Assembly: GCA_007132715.1 (NCBI GenBank)
Contig: SLOE01000084.1
Coordinates: 6,329 to 70,328 of the forward strand
Reading direction: 5' to 3'
DNA length: 64,000 bases
Source of the DNA: Bacteroidales bacterium
GTDB lineage: Bacteria > Bacteroidota > Bacteroidia > Bacteroidales > PUMT01
The position numbers and the translations under genes were made by a program. Numbering within the stretch: the stretch's first letter is position 1; each line of letters begins with the position of its first letter. The notes under the pieces are model-generated. The model was given only the letters and a program-made list of their open reading frames with translations, had not been told where the DNA came from and did no database searches. Below, piece by piece: positions 61,746 to 64,000 of this stretch.

Positions 61746-62162
61746 TTATTTCCCAATGAGTCTTCTCCATAAACCACCTCTACTGTCTGCCTGCAAAGGC
61801 ATACCGCTTCCGTCGTTATCTCCGGCCTCTCCATTCAGCATCTGCCACACCTTGCTCCAGCCCGGGAAACCACCAATATTGCGGTCGTCAATAAAGATAT
61901 GGGCGTGTATTTTCCGGCTGCTCCCGGGTTCGTACTCCTCCTCGGGATAACTGCGGTTTACCGCATAGAACTCAACGCCGTTCTTTCTGCAAAAATCAAC
62001 AGCTTCATCAAGTTCGCTCCCCGAGCGGTAGGTCCACAGGATCAGCTGATGTTTCTGTTTCTGCAGTTCCCTCATCGTCTCGAAGGCAAACAGCATAGGC
62101 TTGCCTATGTCCGGGTATTCATCCTCAACAATGGTTCCGTCAAAATCAATTGCTATCTTCAT
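61746..62162 (-). CDS. HAD-superfamily phosphatase (BT0820-like)
   Basis: IAIDFDGTIVE, ILWTYR, RKIHA.IFIDDRN. Confidence 0.85.
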   Translation of the reverse strand: MKIAIDFDGTIVEDEYPDIGKPMLFAFETMRELQKQKHQLILWTYRSGSELDEAVDFCRKNGVEFYAVNRSYPEEEYEPGSSRKIHAHIFIDDRNIGGFPGWSKVWQMLNGEAGDNDGSGMPLQADSRGGLWRRLIGK

Positions 62163-62175
62163 TTGGGTCATCATT

Positions 62176-63261
62176 TCATTCCACTCCGAAAACATACCTT
62201 ACCGAAAATATATGTGAGTAAAGCGATATGGTCTGTGGAGAGATATTGCCAAGCGCATAATCAAGGTAGAAACTGCCAAGCTGAAGTCCAAGTCCGGCCG
62301 AAGGATCAGCCAGCAGCCTCTTATTTCCGCCGAATTCGGTTATCTGCTGCACATTCCCCAGTCCGGCCCTGAGATAGACAAGGTTACTGTAATTCAACTC
62401 TGCCCCGAGCACAGGTTCTGCACCTAAAAGACTGCTGCTCAATACCGCTGCCGTCTGCCCTTCAAAAGATACCGCAGCATTGAACTCGGCAAGCAGTGAT
62501 ACCTTTTCCGATATTACGAAATTTCTTGCTACCCCGAGGTGAAGGCGTGGCAGGGTCAGTTCCAGGGAGTTCTCCGGTGGAACATTGAACACTGAATCGG
62601 CTACCTCGATAACCAGCTTATCCTCATTGAACTGCCATGCATTGAATGTACTTGTTGCATCCCTGAGCACAGCTCCGAAGATCCAGTCACTGTGCCTGTA
62701 CCTTGCCGCAATATCCACACCAAAACCCCATGCTGAGGCAAACTCACCTACTACCCGCCTGATGATCTTAAGGTTCCCTCCAACATCAAGTCCCTCAACA
62801 GCAGTGCGGCGCGCATAGGTAAGCAACAGGGCATAATCCGCCACCGAAAAACTGCTTATCCGGTCATAGTCAATATTACCGTCACCGTCCATCAGGTCAA
62901 TCGTATTAGGTATATCGTCAACCCCGTACCGCAAGAGCGATATCCCAACAGCACTTCGCTCATCGGGGCGGCTGCCCACACCGATATAATCAAATTTTGC
63001 GATTCCGGCAAAATACTGGGCATGCATCAGAGACGCCTCATGCTTGCCGGCCAGCCCGACCATTCCTGCAGGGTTCCAGTATGCTGCAGTCACATCGGAG
63101 GCCCCGGCAACAAAAGCCCTGCCCATGCCCAGGGAACGTGCCCCTACCCCAACATTCAGAAATTCATTGGAATATTTTGCCGGCTGTGCCGAAAGGCCCG
63201 GTAAACACGCAAATATTGCCAGAACCGGAATTAAAACCCTGTATATTATCATTCTCTCCAT
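62176..63261 (-). CDS. PorV/PorQ-family outer-membrane beta-barrel (T9SS-associated)
   Basis: Signal LSA|Q; KYSNEFLNVGVGARSLGMG, YWNPAG, G.G.D, LRAG, DYA, HIFSVRY. Confidence 0.8.
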   Translation of the reverse strand: MERMIIYRVLIPVLAIFACLPGLSAQPAKYSNEFLNVGVGARSLGMGRAFVAGASDVTAAYWNPAGMVGLAGKHEASLMHAQYFAGIAKFDYIGVGSRPDERSAVGISLLRYGVDDIPNTIDLMDGDGNIDYDRISSFSVADYALLLTYARRTAVEGLDVGGNLKIIRRVVGEFASAWGFGVDIAARYRHSDWIFGAVLRDATSTFNAWQFNEDKLVIEVADSVFNVPPENSLELTLPRLHLGVARNFVISEKVSLLAEFNAAVSFEGQTAAVLSSSLLGAEPVLGAELNYSNLVYLRAGLGNVQQITEFGGNKRLLADPSAGLGLQLGSFYLDYALGNISPQTISLYSHIFSVRYVFGVE

Positions 63262-63307
63262 AACAGACAAAACCTGGTATCAGGCGTGCAAACTATCATT
63301 TTTAACT

Positions 63308-63315
63308 TATTTTTG
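63308..63315 (+). promoter_or_regulatory. -7 promoter element of pssA
   Basis: TATTTTTG 55 nt upstream of the ATG. Confidence 0.5.
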
Positions 63316-63370
63316 CAACATATTATTGCAGCAACCCTAAATCCGCTTCCGGGCAAAACTATCCGTCACC

Positions 63371-64000
63371 ATGGTAAAAATATCATTCTCTCCCGTAAAA
63401 AAGATCATCCCGAGCATCCTTACAATGTTTAACCTTCTGTCAGGATGCATGGCCATCCTTATGAGTTTCAGAGACCCTGCACTTGCAGGGCTATTGATCC
63501 TCCTGGCAGGGATATTCGATTTTGCAGACGGATTTGCAGCCAGGCTTCTGGATGCATATTCGGAATTCGGGAAGGAACTCGATTCCCTTGCCGATATAAT
63601 CAGCTTTGGAGCTGCCCCGTCATTCATTCTTTTTCATCTCATCAGCACCTCTCTTGTGATGTCAGCCCCGCTTCACAGTCACGAAAGCCTGTCAGTCACG
63701 CACACCCTGATGCTTGCCAGTGCATTCCTGCCTGTTGTTTTTGCAGCCATAAGGCTTGCAAAATATAATATCAGCCCGGGCGGCAGCGATGATTTCAGCG
63801 GACTCCCATCACCTGCAGCCGGAATATTCATAGCTTCTGCAGGATATGTCCTGGTCACCTCCGAACTCATCCGGGTCAGGGAGCTTTTTTTCAACCCTGC
63901 CACCCTTGTATCTACCGGCATTATCCTGTCGGTTCTCATGGTGATCCCCCTGCGGATGTTCAGCATTAAGTTCAGACATTTCAGACTGGCCGGCAACAGG
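63371..64000 (+). CDS. pssA: CDP-diacylglycerol--serine O-phosphatidyltransferase (CDP-alcohol phosphotransferase); runs off the right edge
   Basis: Manual translation: IPSILTMFNLLSG, FDFADGFAARLLDAYSEFGKELDSLADIISFGAAP. Confidence 0.88.
   Translation, partial: MVKISFSPVKKIIPSILTMFNLLSGCMAILMSFRDPALAGLLILLAGIFDFADGFAARLLDAYSEFGKELDSLADIISFGAAPSFILFHLISTSLVMSAPLHSHESLSVTHTLMLASAFLPVVFAAIRLAKYNISPGGSDDFSGLPSPAAGIFIASAGYVLVTSELIRVRELFFNPATLVSTGIILSVLMVIPLRMFSIKFRHFRLAGNR

Overview
64 kb of core chromosome from an anaerobic Bacteroidota bacterium (Bacteroidia-like). Evidence for the lineage: TTG/TTTG-N19-20-TAnnTTTG promoters, AT-rich translation starts without Shine-Dalgarno sites, a str operon lacking tuf, T9SS-related genes and hydF. 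Left part (minus strand): the start of a propeller-type sensor protein, a eukaryote-type citrate synthase, eno, and the complete str-S10-spc-alpha ribosomal superoperon (rpsL to rplQ). Middle: GH3 glycosidase, an EF-G2-type paralog with degenerate GTPase motifs, MscS, a T9SS cargo protein, uvrD, murA (Cys->Asp), tlpA, grpE-dnaJ, an ABC exporter, ppx, an HTH-less sigma54 activator and an aspartase-like lyase. Right part: a YceI / beta-barrel / Tat-Rieske-lipoprotein module, a long KamA-type radical SAM enzyme divergent from an orphan hydF, a Gly-rich repeat outer-membrane protein, parA-parB-DUF5683-mltD-SGNH-MBOAT, a DnaA-box-like cluster, lipid kinase, glutaminyl cyclase, HAD, a PorV-like barrel and pssA. 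I saw no tRNA, rRNA, CRISPR array or mobile element. Best candidates for undescribed biology: the envelope redox module (YceI-barrel-surface Rieske), the KamA/HydF/AspA neighbourhood, a promoter-driven structured RNA upstream of rpsL, sigma54 control of grpE-dnaJ, and a possible oriC beside parA. All calls were made by eye without database searches.
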